From: Pseudomonadota bacterium
GTDB taxonomy: Bacteria; Pseudomonadota; Gammaproteobacteria; UBA1113
NCBI GenBank assembly: GCA_021781965.1
Contig: JAJXVU010000009.1
Span: forward strand, 806 to 64,805
Length of the DNA stretch: 64,000 nucleotides
Direction of reading: 5' to 3'
Shown here: positions 9,374-19,901 of the stretch, in pieces
Position numbering within the stretch: position 1 is the stretch's first letter
Layout: every line of letters starts with the position of its first letter
The notes under the pieces: generated by a model
What the model saw: only the letters and a program-made list of their open reading frames with translations
Databases searched by the model: none
What the model was told of the DNA's origin: nothing
Made by a program: the position numbers and the translations under genes

Positions 9374-10147
9374 CTAAAAATTATTTTTCCATTCTCTTAT
9401 GGCTGAAAATACCTTGACTGCTGTCGCTAAAGGCTGCCCTACTTCCGCTTCTGCCGCTGCAATCACCGTGGCTACATCCGTACGCAAAAATGGGTTAATC
9501 TTTTTCTCTAAGGCTAAGGTTGTAGGCACACTAGAATTGTTGCCTAGACTAGACACAAACGCCAAGTGACATACTATATCTTCATTTTTAGGCTCCACCT
9601 GCTTTGCAAATTGCAAATTTTTGAGCGTATATTCATGGGCACAATAGACGAGTGTATCCTCAGGCAAACTGGCTAAAGTCATCAACGAATCGACCATTTG
9701 CGACATGGTGCCTTCAAAAACACGGCCACAGCCGGCTGAAAATAAAGTATCACCGCAAAAAAGTAAATGTTCCTGCGCACAATAATAAGCGATATGCTCT
9801 AAAGTATGTCCGGGAATAGCCAATACTTCGAAAGATAAATTACACTCGGGTAAAAATATTTTTTGCCTATCCGTCACTACATGGGTCGCCAAAATATTGC
9901 TGTGCTTTGGGCCATAGACCGGAACAGTGTATTTTGCCTGTAATTCGGCGACACCCCCGCAATGATCGTGATGACGATGCGTGATCAATATCCCACAAAG
10001 GTTTAAACCCTGCGTTTTTATATACTCTATCACAGGCTTAGCCTCACCCGGATCGACCACCCACAGGCTTTTATTCGTCTCATTGGCGAGAGCCCAGATA
10101 TAGTTATCTGTAAAGGCTTTAATGGGATCAATATGGATCGACCTCAT
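9374..10147 (-). CDS. gloB: Hydroxyacylglutathione hydrolase (glyoxalase II)
   Basis: 257 aa with the metallo-beta-lactamase motif THRHHDHCGG and GloB-like length. Confidence 0.9.
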   Translation of the reverse strand: MRSIHIDPIKAFTDNYIWALANETNKSLWVVDPGEAKPVIEYIKTQGLNLCGILITHRHHDHCGGVAELQAKYTVPVYGPKHSNILATHVVTDRQKIFLPECNLSFEVLAIPGHTLEHIAYYCAQEHLLFCGDTLFSAGCGRVFEGTMSQMVDSLMTLASLPEDTLVYCAHEYTLKNLQFAKQVEPKNEDIVCHLAFVSSLGNNSSVPTTLALEKKINPFLRTDVATVIAAAEAEVGQPLATAVKVFSAIREWKNNF

Positions 10148-11520
10148 TGTTTATTCTCCTTTTCTATACCTGCGTAAAAACGGTGAGCAACCCTATATCG
10201 TTTATAATACGGCAACAGTATGGCTGCAGCGACAATAAAACCACTGCCAAAGCCTAGGCGTAAAGCAATTGGGCCATAATGCATTACAATGCCGATAATA
10301 TAGCATGCTGGAATACCGACAAACCATAGACCGACAATCCCAATGAGCATCGGAAATTTAGAGTTTTCCATGCCTCTGAGCACATTCGTTAAGAGATTGC
10401 GGATGGCATCAACAAACATAATAGGGATAGATATGACCAACAGCCAATAGGTTAGCCGAATCAAGCTTGTGTTATTTGCATCATGCACATTCACAAACAA
10501 TGCCATCAGTTGTAGTGGCATAATAAATATTATCACTGCAAACAGCGCAAATAATACTATGACTAATATAAACGCCGCCCTAAGATATTTTTCAATCAAA
10601 TGCTGATGACCACTTCCGCGGCTAGCAGCGGTCAAAATCGACAATGCTTGAGCAATGCCCATAACGATCATCACAGCAAAAATGGTATATTGCGACACAA
10701 TCTGTACACTAGCTAAAGCAATAATCCCTAAATAACCCATTATATAGGTGGATACCGTTATAGCCCCTAATTCGCCCAAGAACTGCAAACCAATGTGGAT
10801 ACCAATTTTATAAACTTGCTTAATTAAGCCCCAATCATATAGCTTTACGGGGTTAGAACATAGATAATGCCAGGCATAACTAAAGCGCATATAAATAACC
10901 ACCATAACCAAAACTATAAGCTGTGCGATCAGAATCGCACATGAGCTACCGGCTAAACCCATGTTGGCAGATCCCAGGATAAATGCATAACTGAGGCCAA
11001 TGATGAATGGTAGGAAAAAAAAGCTAAAAATCGTACTCACCATGGGTTTGCCAATTCCATTATAAAATTGCCCCGCTGTGGCACAAAGCATCGTTGGTAT
11101 GATGCTAAGGGCTGCATACTGAAAAAAATCAGCCGTTAATGCCACTATTTCTGGCGGTTGATTAAACAAGGATAAGATCTGACTGCCATGCCATAAAACC
11201 AGTGTTGCTGGAAGGCCTAAAATTAAGCAGAGCCAAAATCCACTCACTAAAGTATTCGCTACCTTTCCCTTATCACCACCCGCATGAAATTTACCAATTA
11301 AAATACTCACCGAGTAAAGGCTTGCAACCGTAAAAGCTCTTACCGTGATATAACTAATATTGGCAATAGCAAATGCAGCTAATTCGGGTTTACCCAGTTT
11401 CCCCAACATCATCGTAATAAAAAATGTGGGGATCACCCCCAGTAGATTCGTGGCACTGATCGGCACTGCGTAGTGGATGATGCGCTTTAATAATATGGGT
11501 AGAGATTCACTATGGTTCAT
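10144..11520 (-). CDS. MATE family efflux transporter
   Basis: 458 aa, 12 TM, NorM/DinF-like. Stop overlaps the gloB start (ATGA). Confidence 0.75.
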   Translation of the reverse strand: MNHSESLPILLKRIIHYAVPISATNLLGVIPTFFITMMLGKLGKPELAAFAIANISYITVRAFTVASLYSVSILIGKFHAGGDKGKVANTLVSGFWLCLILGLPATLVLWHGSQILSLFNQPPEIVALTADFFQYAALSIIPTMLCATAGQFYNGIGKPMVSTIFSFFFLPFIIGLSYAFILGSANMGLAGSSCAILIAQLIVLVMVVIYMRFSYAWHYLCSNPVKLYDWGLIKQVYKIGIHIGLQFLGELGAITVSTYIMGYLGIIALASVQIVSQYTIFAVMIVMGIAQALSILTAASRGSGHQHLIEKYLRAAFILVIVLFALFAVIIFIMPLQLMALFVNVHDANNTSLIRLTYWLLVISIPIMFVDAIRNLLTNVLRGMENSKFPMLIGIVGLWFVGIPACYIIGIVMHYGPIALRLGFGSGFIVAAAILLPYYKRYRVAHRFYAGIEKENKQ

Positions 11521-11532
11521 AATAGAACATCC

Positions 11533-12405
11533 CTACTGCCGTTGCAACCACTCGATGATCCCTGAGAAATCTTTATCCTGGCCACCTGCATCGCAAAACG
11601 CTTGATACAAATCACGCGCCTTATCGCCCAAGGGTGTTGCGGCAGTTACACTGTCGGCGGCATCTTCGGCTAAATTCAGATCTTTTAACATCATTTTGGC
11701 CATAAAGCCCGGTTCATAATTTTTGTTAGCAGGCGTATGCGGTAGAATTCCAGGCACGGGGCAATATTGTGTTAAAGACCAGCATTGTCCAGAAGCTTCC
11801 TTACAAATATCAAAAAAAGCTTGGGGTTCTAAGCCTAGCGCCTTGCCTAAATTAAACGCTTCACACACACCGATCATAGAAATACCTAATAACAGATTAT
11901 TGCAAATTTTTGCCATTTGCCCACAGCCAGCAAGACCCGCATGAAATATTTTTTTGCCCATGGCTTCTAAAATCGGTTTAACCGTTGCAAAGGCTTCATC
12001 GCTACCACCCACCATAAAGGTTAAAGTGCCTGCAGCAGCGCTGGCGGTACCGCCCGAAACCGGCGCATCCACACATACACCACCCTTTTGTGTAACCGCT
12101 GCATGTATGTCTTTTGCGGTTTGTACATCGATAGTGGAACACTCCATGTAGATGATCGCTTTAGGCGCGTGTGCTAGCAATCCCTTATCACCCAAATATA
12201 CCTCGCGTACATGCGCACCCGCAGGTAACATAGACACTACATAATCCACATCTTGTATAAGTTCGGCTAAACTTGCTGCTATTTTAACGCCTGATAACGA
12301 TACCGGAGTTACATCGTAAACGGTTAAGCTATGCCCTGCTTTAACTAGATTCACTGCCATAGGCCCACCCATATGACCTAAACCTATAAACCCTATTTTA
12401 GCCAT
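11533..12405 (-). CDS. mmsB: 3-hydroxyisobutyrate dehydrogenase
   Basis: MAKIGFIGLGHMGGPMAVNLVKAGH Rossmann N-terminus, 290 aa, HIBADH family. Confidence 0.85.
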   Translation of the reverse strand: MAKIGFIGLGHMGGPMAVNLVKAGHSLTVYDVTPVSLSGVKIAASLAELIQDVDYVVSMLPAGAHVREVYLGDKGLLAHAPKAIIYMECSTIDVQTAKDIHAAVTQKGGVCVDAPVSGGTASAAAGTLTFMVGGSDEAFATVKPILEAMGKKIFHAGLAGCGQMAKICNNLLLGISMIGVCEAFNLGKALGLEPQAFFDICKEASGQCWSLTQYCPVPGILPHTPANKNYEPGFMAKMMLKDLNLAEDAADSVTAATPLGDKARDLYQAFCDAGGQDKDFSGIIEWLQRQ

Positions 12406-12496
12406 TGTATTTTCTCCTTTTGCTATTATTACCTCAATATATTCGTAACTACTCGCGCCTTGTTGTGAGAAAAATGGTAACTGCTCTCCCCATGCT

Positions 12497-12530
12497 CTCT
12501 AGTAACTTTCCGCTCCCTAACGGTCGCGGC
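12497..12530. repeat. REP-like repeat core downstream of recJ
   Basis: ccgctccctaacggtcgcggctc is identical to the core of the units at 61371-61488. Confidence 0.6.
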
Positions 12531-12534
12531 TCTG

Positions 12535-14271
12535 TTATTCCACTACTTCTAAATGTTCAATCATCAGTTGCACATTGCGTTTGCTTTGATATTCATTCAC
12601 ATCCAATCTATACACGGCACGCACGCGTTCAGCGCGACGATTCGGCCATTCATCGGTATTAATATTAAAATAAATCGCATCTAAAACACGATGACTACCC
12701 GGAAAACCCAATTGCAATTTTAAATGTTTGGCGCCGACGATGCGTTGATTCAGTACATTAAACTCACCATCAAAACTGGGTTCCGGAAAAGCCTGTCCCC
12801 AGGGCCCGCCTTCACGTAATTGAGTCGCCATATCTAAAGTATATTCGTCTAAAGCCAATTCGCCATCGCTGTAATAAACGCCTTGCAGATCGTCTGCCGT
12901 TAAACACTTACCTATTTCAGCAGCAAAAGCAGCGCTAAATGCGGCAAAATCTTTTTCATTTAAACTTAAGCCCGCGGCCATTGCATGACCACCGAAACTG
13001 AGTAACACCCCCGGACAGTGTTTATCCACTAAATCTAATACATCGCGTATATTAACACCCTTCACCGAACGTGCCGAACCCTTTAATACCGTACCCTCAT
13101 TATGCGCAAAAGCAATCACCGGGCGATGATAGGCTTCCTTAATACGCGAGGCCAAAATACCAATAACACCTTGATGCCAGCTGCGATCGTATAAACACAA
13201 ACCCGCGGGTAGATCTTTACCTTCGCCTAAATGCAGAGCTTGAACGATTTGCATCGCTTGCAATTGCATGTCATCGCCTATTTGTTTGCGCTCTTCATTT
13301 AATAACGACAGTTGTTCGGCAATATGGCGTGCGTGATCGTGATCCTCTGTAAGCAAACACTCAATGCCCAAGGACATATCATCTAGACGTCCAGCGGCAT
13401 TTAAACGTGGGCCTACGCCAAATCCCAAGTCGGTCGCCACTAACTGATGTACGCTGCGGCCCGAAGCTTCTAATAAAGCACGTATACCCGGGCGCATACG
13501 CCCTAAACGCATACGTCTTAATCCTTGATGCACTAAAATACGATTATTGCGATCCAATGGCACCACATCGGCCACCGTGCCTAAAGCCACTATATCTAAA
13601 GCATGCGCTAAATTAGGCTCGACAATATTATTTTCTTGAAACCAATTTAATTCTCGTAAACGCGCGCGCAACGCTAATAATACATAAAAAGCAACGCCCA
13701 CACCGGCCAAAGCTTTGCTAGCAAAGTGGCAGCCCGGTTGATTGGGATTAATAATCACTTCCGCAGAAGGCAAAGTATCCCCAGGTAAATGGTGATCGGT
13801 GACCATGACCTTCATGCCCAATTCATGCGCTTTGGCTATGCCCTCGTGACTGGAAATGCCGTTATCCACGGTGATAATCCAATCCGGATTGCGTTCTTTA
13901 GCTACCAACACAATTTCCGGCGTTAAACCATAACCGTATTCAAAACGATTCGGTACTAAATAATTCACTTCTTGCAAGCCAAAAGAGCGTAATACCGAAA
14001 CTAATAACGCCGCACTGGTGGCGCCATCGGCATCGAAATCGCCAATGATCAGTACCCGCAATTGTTGTTGTAACATTTCCACCAAGTATTGCGTGGCAAG
14101 TTCTATATTCAGTAAATCGTGATAGGGTAAAAGTTGATTGAGTTCGTGATCCAATTGCGCCATATCCGACACATCGCGAGCCGCATAAATACGCTGTAAT
14201 AAAGGCGGTAAGTGATCCCCTAATTTTTGTTGGTTATTTTCATTGGCGTGCCTGCGCACAATCTTTGGCAT
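12535..14271 (-). CDS. recJ: Single-stranded-DNA-specific exonuclease RecJ
   Basis: 578 aa with DHH/DHHA1 motifs (VLIIGDFDADGATS, VTDHH) and an OB-fold C-terminus. Confidence 0.9.
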   Translation of the reverse strand: MPKIVRRHANENNQQKLGDHLPPLLQRIYAARDVSDMAQLDHELNQLLPYHDLLNIELATQYLVEMLQQQLRVLIIGDFDADGATSAALLVSVLRSFGLQEVNYLVPNRFEYGYGLTPEIVLVAKERNPDWIITVDNGISSHEGIAKAHELGMKVMVTDHHLPGDTLPSAEVIINPNQPGCHFASKALAGVGVAFYVLLALRARLRELNWFQENNIVEPNLAHALDIVALGTVADVVPLDRNNRILVHQGLRRMRLGRMRPGIRALLEASGRSVHQLVATDLGFGVGPRLNAAGRLDDMSLGIECLLTEDHDHARHIAEQLSLLNEERKQIGDDMQLQAMQIVQALHLGEGKDLPAGLCLYDRSWHQGVIGILASRIKEAYHRPVIAFAHNEGTVLKGSARSVKGVNIRDVLDLVDKHCPGVLLSFGGHAMAAGLSLNEKDFAAFSAAFAAEIGKCLTADDLQGVYYSDGELALDEYTLDMATQLREGGPWGQAFPEPSFDGEFNVLNQRIVGAKHLKLQLGFPGSHRVLDAIYFNINTDEWPNRRAERVRAVYRLDVNEYQSKRNVQLMIEHLEVVE

Positions 14272-14272
14272 A

Positions 14273-14887
14273 TCATTGCGCCTTTTTGGCGAAATGTAGT
14301 GCCAAATACAGCGTTTGTAGCGTAGTAATCGCAGCTAAAATCACCCAAAATGCCAGTACATAACCGGCCCAAATCGGTTGAAAAATACTAACCAGTATTA
14401 CCAACAACATTAAAGGATACATCTCGCCACGATTTAAGATCCGCCAAATCTTCGTTTCGTTGGGATCGTCCACCGCTTTTCTATGATTAGCATAAGCGAC
14501 TTCAAAAGACGGCATGATGGCACAAAATACGGCGAGCGCCACCCAAGAACCCAAGGACCAATAGGGCGTGATGATCGCCAATTTAAAATAAGCAAAAATC
14601 ACAAAGAAATCGACGAAGCGATCTAGGCTACCATCTAGAAAAGCACCGTAATGGCTACTCTTTTCACCAGCCCTAGCGACTGCGCCATCGATAACATCAA
14701 ATAGGCCTGCTAAAATAAAAAAAATGAGGCCTGTAATTGCATAAGCATGGGCAATAAACACATAACCTAAAACACCCAGCAGCAAGGTTATCCATGTATA
14801 CGCATTGGCACTGAGTGGAAAACGCAACATGCGCCGTCCCAATTGCTCGGAAGTGCGCTGCCACCACACACATTTTTCTTTGATCAT
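14273..14887 (-). CDS. CDP-alcohol phosphatidyltransferase family protein
   Basis: DGAVARAGEKSSHYGAFLDGSLDRFVD matches D-G-x2-A-R...G-x3-D-x3-D. Start set at the internal MIKEK, 1 nt after the dcd stop. Substrate (PC, PG or PS type) unresolved. Confidence 0.7.
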   Translation of the reverse strand: MIKEKCVWWQRTSEQLGRRMLRFPLSANAYTWITLLLGVLGYVFIAHAYAITGLIFFILAGLFDVIDGAVARAGEKSSHYGAFLDGSLDRFVDFFVIFAYFKLAIITPYWSLGSWVALAVFCAIMPSFEVAYANHRKAVDDPNETKIWRILNRGEMYPLMLLVILVSIFQPIWAGYVLAFWVILAAITTLQTLYLALHFAKKAQ

Positions 14888-14888
14888 T

Positions 14889-15455
14889 CTAAGTCCTTGG
14901 TAGAGTAACGCCCACTTGCCCTTGATATTTACCCTTTCTATCGGCATAAGAAACGGCGCACTCTTCATCCGATTGTAAAAAGATCATTTGCGCAATGCCT
15001 TCATTGGCATAAATTTTTGCAGGCAGCGGTGTGGTATTGGAAATTTCCAAAGTCACATGTCCTTCCCATCCTGGTTCTAATGGTGTCACATTAATGATTT
15101 GCCCACAACGCGCATAAGTGGACTTCCCCAAACAAATGCACAATACATCGCGCGGAATACGAAAGTATTCGACAGTACGTGCTAAGGCAAATGAGTTCGG
15201 CGGAATGATACATACATCTGTTTCTATATCCACAAAGCTATTTTCGTCAAAAGCTTTAGGATCGACTATGCTGGAATTAATATTCGTGAAAATTTTAAAC
15301 TCCCTTGCACAACGCACGTCATAACCATAGCTGGAAGTACCGTAAGAAATAATGCTGTGGCCATCTGTTTGACGTACTTGTTCGTTACAGTAAGGCTCTA
15401 TCATGCCATGGGTTTGGCTCATATCCAGTATCCAACGATCCGCTTTAATACTCAT
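14889..15455 (-). CDS. dcd: dCTP deaminase
   Basis: [12 protein letters not shown]... with about 190 aa after trimming the ORF N-extension. Dcd family. Confidence 0.9.
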   Translation of the reverse strand: MSIKADRWILDMSQTHGMIEPYCNEQVRQTDGHSIISYGTSSYGYDVRCAREFKIFTNINSSIVDPKAFDENSFVDIETDVCIIPPNSFALARTVEYFRIPRDVLCICLGKSTYARCGQIINVTPLEPGWEGHVTLEISNTTPLPAKIYANEGIAQMIFLQSDEECAVSYADRKGKYQGQVGVTLPRT

Positions 15456-15479
15456 AGTAAATATCTCCTCTTCTTTCAA

Positions 15480-15601
15480 TAAAAGCCCATATGGACTCAG
15501 TACTCACTTCGTTCGCACTTCGCCCTTCGGGCGCACTGGCGTGCGTCAAAAATGTTCGCCGCGCTTCGCGCTTTTCGCGCACATTTTTTGGGCGCATCGT
15601 C
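15480..15601. other. GC-rich structured intergenic element between dcd and apbC (multiple short hairpins including gccc-ttcg-gggc and gcgc-ttc-gcgc)
   Basis: A local GC spike of hairpin-forming sequence in an AT-rich genome, downstream of the apbC stop. Confidence 0.3.
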
Positions 15602-16684
15602 TTATTCCACTACAATTTTGGCAAAACGCCGTTTCATTGGTGCGGCACGTAATGCCAAGCGCGCTGCCATTTTAACAGCAATGTGTTGATACAATTGTGC
15701 AATCTCTGATTTGGGCTCGGCTACGACCAAAGGCACACCGGCGTCACAAGCGCGGCGAATGTCGGTATTCAAAGGTAAGGCGCCCAGCAGATCTAAGTCA
15801 AACATTTCTGCCATACGCTTCCCACCCGCTTCACCGAAAATCGCATCTACATGCTGACAGTTCGGACAATGATAATACGCCATATTTTCCACTACGCCTA
15901 ACAGCGGTACGGCTACCTTCTTAAACATGCTCACTGCTTTTTGTACATCTAGCAACGCCAGGTCTTGGGGCGTAGTGACTATGACTGCTCCCGAGACTGG
16001 AACTTTCTGTGCTAAGGTCAGTTGTATATCGCCCGTACCGGGGGGCATGTCTATAAGCAAATAATCCAGTTCATGCCATAGCGTATCGTATAATAGTTGT
16101 TGCAAGGCGCCGCTGACCATCGGTCCACGCCATATAACGGGCGTTTGGGCACTGTCGAGTAAATAACCTATGGACATAGATTGTACATCGTATTTGAGCA
16201 TGGGGATTAATGCCTTACCTTGCAGTTGTGGCTTTTCCGTAATCCCCAAAAGATTCGGTTGGTTAGGACCATAGATATCTGCATCTAGAATACCCACCCG
16301 TGCTCCTTCTGCGGCCAGCGCTAAGGCCAGATTGGTCGTAACCGTTGATTTCCCTACTCCCCCCTTTCCAGAGGCAATAGCGATGATATTTTTGACTTGA
16401 GGCAACGTCTTAGCCCCTACTGGTGTGTCCATTGCAGCTACCGTACTTTGCCATTTCCACTCTAAGCTATTGATTTTTAAATTATTATCTTTAGATAAGT
16501 CTTGCAAAATGGCGTTTTGCCACAGTAAATGAATTTTATCGTGTACAAAGGGTAACACAAGCGTAATGGTATAATGATTTTCTTTATTTTCAATGACTTG
16601 GACCCAAGTATCGGGAATGCTTGTGATAACCAAGGCGGCTGCTAATACATTTTTTACACTATTGGCTATGGTGGAGACAGACAT
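15602..16684 (-). CDS. apbC: Fe-S cluster carrier ATPase Mrp/ApbC
   Basis: 360 aa with the P-loop GKGGVGKST, a CxxC pair (CPNC) and ParA/Mrp family features. Confidence 0.9.
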   Translation of the reverse strand: MSVSTIANSVKNVLAAALVITSIPDTWVQVIENKENHYTITLVLPFVHDKIHLLWQNAILQDLSKDNNLKINSLEWKWQSTVAAMDTPVGAKTLPQVKNIIAIASGKGGVGKSTVTTNLALALAAEGARVGILDADIYGPNQPNLLGITEKPQLQGKALIPMLKYDVQSMSIGYLLDSAQTPVIWRGPMVSGALQQLLYDTLWHELDYLLIDMPPGTGDIQLTLAQKVPVSGAVIVTTPQDLALLDVQKAVSMFKKVAVPLLGVVENMAYYHCPNCQHVDAIFGEAGGKRMAEMFDLDLLGALPLNTDIRRACDAGVPLVVAEPKSEIAQLYQHIAVKMAARLALRAAPMKRRFAKIVVE

Positions 16685-16744
16685 AAAAACCCCCGTTTTG
16701 AAAACAGGGGTATCTTATCATGTTTATAGAGAAATGTGCTCAGC

Positions 16745-17308
16745 CTAGTAAGGTAATATCTGTACCTTAGTACCGATGGTCACGAAGTTATCGCTTAACC
16801 ACCCTGCATCGCTAGGATGCATGCGTACACAACCATGGCTAGCATTGTAATTAGGTACATCACCTGAACCATGTAGAGCATAACCGCCGTTAAAGAACAT
16901 GCAGTACGGCATTGGCGCACCCCCTTCAGGTATAGGGAATATTGTGGATTTACAATCTGCCCCACCCTTACGATATACATTAAAAGTACCTGCTGGTGTC
17001 TTACAAGGTTGACCTATATCAGGGCAAAAATCCCTACCTGTTGAAGCCGGCCCTTCGGCCACTAGCACTCCATCAGGGCCGTAAGCACCCCAAGCATGCT
17101 CATTTGGATCAACAATAATGATCTTGCTACCTGTAGCCGGACGCGTAGCTGGAAATTGATACCGTGGTGCTTGTGGCACGGCTTGTGCTGCTATGTTACT
17201 GCCATTCACCGTAGGCACGGATTGATTGAAATCCGATCCATTATTCATCGCACAACCTGCAAGCATTACGCTAGACAGCAGTAATACTGCTTTAATTGGT
17301 AGTTTCAT
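16745..17308 (-). CDS. L,D-transpeptidase (YkuD domain) lipoprotein
   Basis: Catalytic motif HGSGDVPNYNASHGCVRM. Signal peptide with the lipobox LAGC at the internal start MKLPIKAVLLL. Confidence 0.8.
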   Translation of the reverse strand: MKLPIKAVLLLSSVMLAGCAMNNGSDFNQSVPTVNGSNIAAQAVPQAPRYQFPATRPATGSKIIIVDPNEHAWGAYGPDGVLVAEGPASTGRDFCPDIGQPCKTPAGTFNVYRKGGADCKSTIFPIPEGGAPMPYCMFFNGGYALHGSGDVPNYNASHGCVRMHPSDAGWLSDNFVTIGTKVQILPY

Positions 17309-17499
17309 GATACGTCCCCTTAATGAAAAACTTTTTATTATAATCATAAGGATAGCACGCTTTAGGGCCTTACGTTATCTTTTGAATCGAATTTTATCAG
17401 ATGTTCATTTTGCGTTAATATAGCAAAGTGGATGATTTTACTAGGTTTTGATCGCTTTTTAAAGAGGCTGCATAAATATTAATTCCAGGTAATTATGGG

Positions 17500-19833
17500 T
17501 TACATTGAACACCCAAATTCTAATGGATTACTCGGTGATGTTTCCCTCATTTCACTCATAAATATTCTCTTGAACCTATAGTCAGGAATCAATTGCTTTT
17601 TTCTTTCTTGTAATACATTATATCTATCGATTATTTTCTTTGGAGAATGTTCGCTCACCTTACCTAATAGCTCTAACCTTGCCTCAACGCCTACCAATGT
17701 TAAGTTATCGATGTTTCCATTGACAGAATGAATCTTTTTCGCAAAAAAACCATGTCTAGAATCACGAAGTTCTGCTCTCAAGGCCTCTCTACCCACTTTA
17801 AGCCCAAAATGGGCATGGAATACATTCCCAATCGTAATCAATCCTTTGGCAACCATTGAAATGGCCGTAGTGGCAACAGAAGAAGAAGCGGCATTCTGCT
17901 CGCCTGTTTGGGCAGGCCCTGTGTTCAAATGTTCAATGCGCTTTCCCATGTTCTTTAAAAACAAACCTGTAACAGAGAGCACAGCACCGCCCACATAAGC
18001 CCCTGTTGAAATAAAATAAATGCTTTCGTCCAAAACTTTAAATCCAGCACGAATGCAAGAGGTCATTGCTGAATTTTGTCCTGGCGAAAATGGTTTCTCG
18101 CCATTTTGCGTTAAAATATCGTCTAAGCGCTTTAAACAACGGCTCTTGCTGCCTTCCAAATGCAACAACATGGAATGTTTATAAACCAGAACGAGTAAAG
18201 CTTGTTTCACTACTTCAGGCTCGCCGCCTCGCTTCATGATCTTTAAGGCTTCTTTTTGAATGGTTTCCGCTCTAAGATGTTCTGCTTTTTTCTTAAAAAT
18301 ATCGTGACCAGCTTTCTTGCGTTGATACTGAAAGGTGGCGCTATAAATGTTTTGGCTTAGAGCCGCTACTTCATTTAAAGCATTGTTTTTTTGTTTGGCT
18401 TTACCACTAAACTTCAAAGCACTCACCTTGTCGGGATAAACCAACTCAATAGCAGACAAAGATTCAAGTAAAGGAGTGCCTTGAGGTTCTTGAGGAACCA
18501 ATACAAACTTATCTTCTTCTGTTTTATGCGCGATTAAATTTTGATTTATTAAATAACAATGTAAGTTCGGACTTTCTACCTTCATACGCTTAAGTTCTTC
18601 GTGCACAGCCTCTAAACTTGCCATTATCTTACCGCTGTCTTGTGGGAAACCCGGGTCATATATTCCTTTTTCAAATAAATAATTGAAAGTTTTAGGATAG
18701 GTTATCTTGAACAATTCACGGTCTAATTTATTCACAAAAAACCAGCTGTCCCTCACATAATATTCTAATTGTTGCGCCAATTTTCGCTGAACCTTGGGCA
18801 TGGGTAAACCGTTCAGCAGAGTAACAGCCTGACCCGCCTTCGCGCAATTTTCTTCCTGTAAATGGTGCAAAGCAAATTCATTGCACAAATAAGCATTGCT
18901 TATTTTATACGCTGAATGTTCAATTATTTCTTTGCTCTCTTCAGGTGCTTCATCATCCGCTTGCTCAGCATTTACATATATATGGGGAGAAATCTCTTTT
19001 TGTTCAACTATTGTCGTACCTGCATGATTCACAAATGCTGGCATTTCTTCATACGAGGAACCATTGGTAATTAAAAATGAATAGAGCATAGACCATACGA
19101 TATGCCCTGTACTCTCTCGGCCATCTTCCACCCGACTGCTGCCAGGATGTACGTCGTACAGAGGTAACAGAGCCCTTTTAGTTTTAGGGGAAGCAAAAAT
19201 AAGACGCGTCATATCTTGGGGTTTAAAGTCGGGGCGCATTTCATGACTGTGCAATGGAAAAATAGCTGTATCCGCTATGGCCGGAATTATGCATGATTCT
19301 GGCACACCCTTTGCAGTAATGCCAGCAACAGGATCCGCCGCAAAAATATTGAGCTTTAGCGCATTTAATTTTTGAAGAAATACTTCGTCTTCCTTAGAAA
19401 GCGTCCCGTTTTCCTCTAACTCTTTTATATACGCTTCTAAGTAATTGGCAATGCGTATAGCGGTCACCGCCCCCCGGCTAAAACCAGTCAAATTAACCTT
19501 GAACTCCCCATTTTCTTCAAGGGATTTACCATCTAGCCACTTAATGATTCGAGCAACGCCGGTGCGTGCATTTCTCTCTACTTCCAAACCCGACAAAGAA
19601 ATACCATCTAAATAACTCTTCTCGTTTTGGCAGCCATCATAAAACTGACGGATAAAGGTTCTCTGCTGCATGTCGTGCGATTCACGGGTACCATAGAGAA
19701 ATAGGTTATAGATATTTGTTTTTTTTGCGCCTGTTTCTTCTGTGCTTATGTTCTCTGCATAGGGTTCTTTTGCACATACTTCTGCTGCGCTTGTATATTC
19801 TACGAGTCTTTCGTCTGGGGTCACACCGCTCAT
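17500..19833 (-). CDS. Large hypothetical protein (777 aa) with a GxSxG serine-hydrolase motif (GFSRG, DUF2235/Tle1-like alpha/beta hydrolase N-domain) and a long helical C-terminus; candidate secreted effector
   Basis: Long AT-rich ORF. The motif LTGFSRGAVTAIRIANYL follows a beta-strand-like stretch. No housekeeping homolog recognisable. Confidence 0.6.
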   Translation of the reverse strand: MSGVTPDERLVEYTSAAEVCAKEPYAENISTEETGAKKTNIYNLFLYGTRESHDMQQRTFIRQFYDGCQNEKSYLDGISLSGLEVERNARTGVARIIKWLDGKSLEENGEFKVNLTGFSRGAVTAIRIANYLEAYIKELEENGTLSKEDEVFLQKLNALKLNIFAADPVAGITAKGVPESCIIPAIADTAIFPLHSHEMRPDFKPQDMTRLIFASPKTKRALLPLYDVHPGSSRVEDGRESTGHIVWSMLYSFLITNGSSYEEMPAFVNHAGTTIVEQKEISPHIYVNAEQADDEAPEESKEIIEHSAYKISNAYLCNEFALHHLQEENCAKAGQAVTLLNGLPMPKVQRKLAQQLEYYVRDSWFFVNKLDRELFKITYPKTFNYLFEKGIYDPGFPQDSGKIMASLEAVHEELKRMKVESPNLHCYLINQNLIAHKTEEDKFVLVPQEPQGTPLLESLSAIELVYPDKVSALKFSGKAKQKNNALNEVAALSQNIYSATFQYQRKKAGHDIFKKKAEHLRAETIQKEALKIMKRGGEPEVVKQALLVLVYKHSMLLHLEGSKSRCLKRLDDILTQNGEKPFSPGQNSAMTSCIRAGFKVLDESIYFISTGAYVGGAVLSVTGLFLKNMGKRIEHLNTGPAQTGEQNAASSSVATTAISMVAKGLITIGNVFHAHFGLKVGREALRAELRDSRHGFFAKKIHSVNGNIDNLTLVGVEARLELLGKVSEHSPKKIIDRYNVLQERKKQLIPDYRFKRIFMSEMRETSPSNPLEFGCSM

Positions 19834-19901
19834 TTTCTTACCTTTCGCTTATAATTGAATCAAAAAAGCCAGAGCTTTTGGCTGATTATACAAGTCGAAC
19901 G

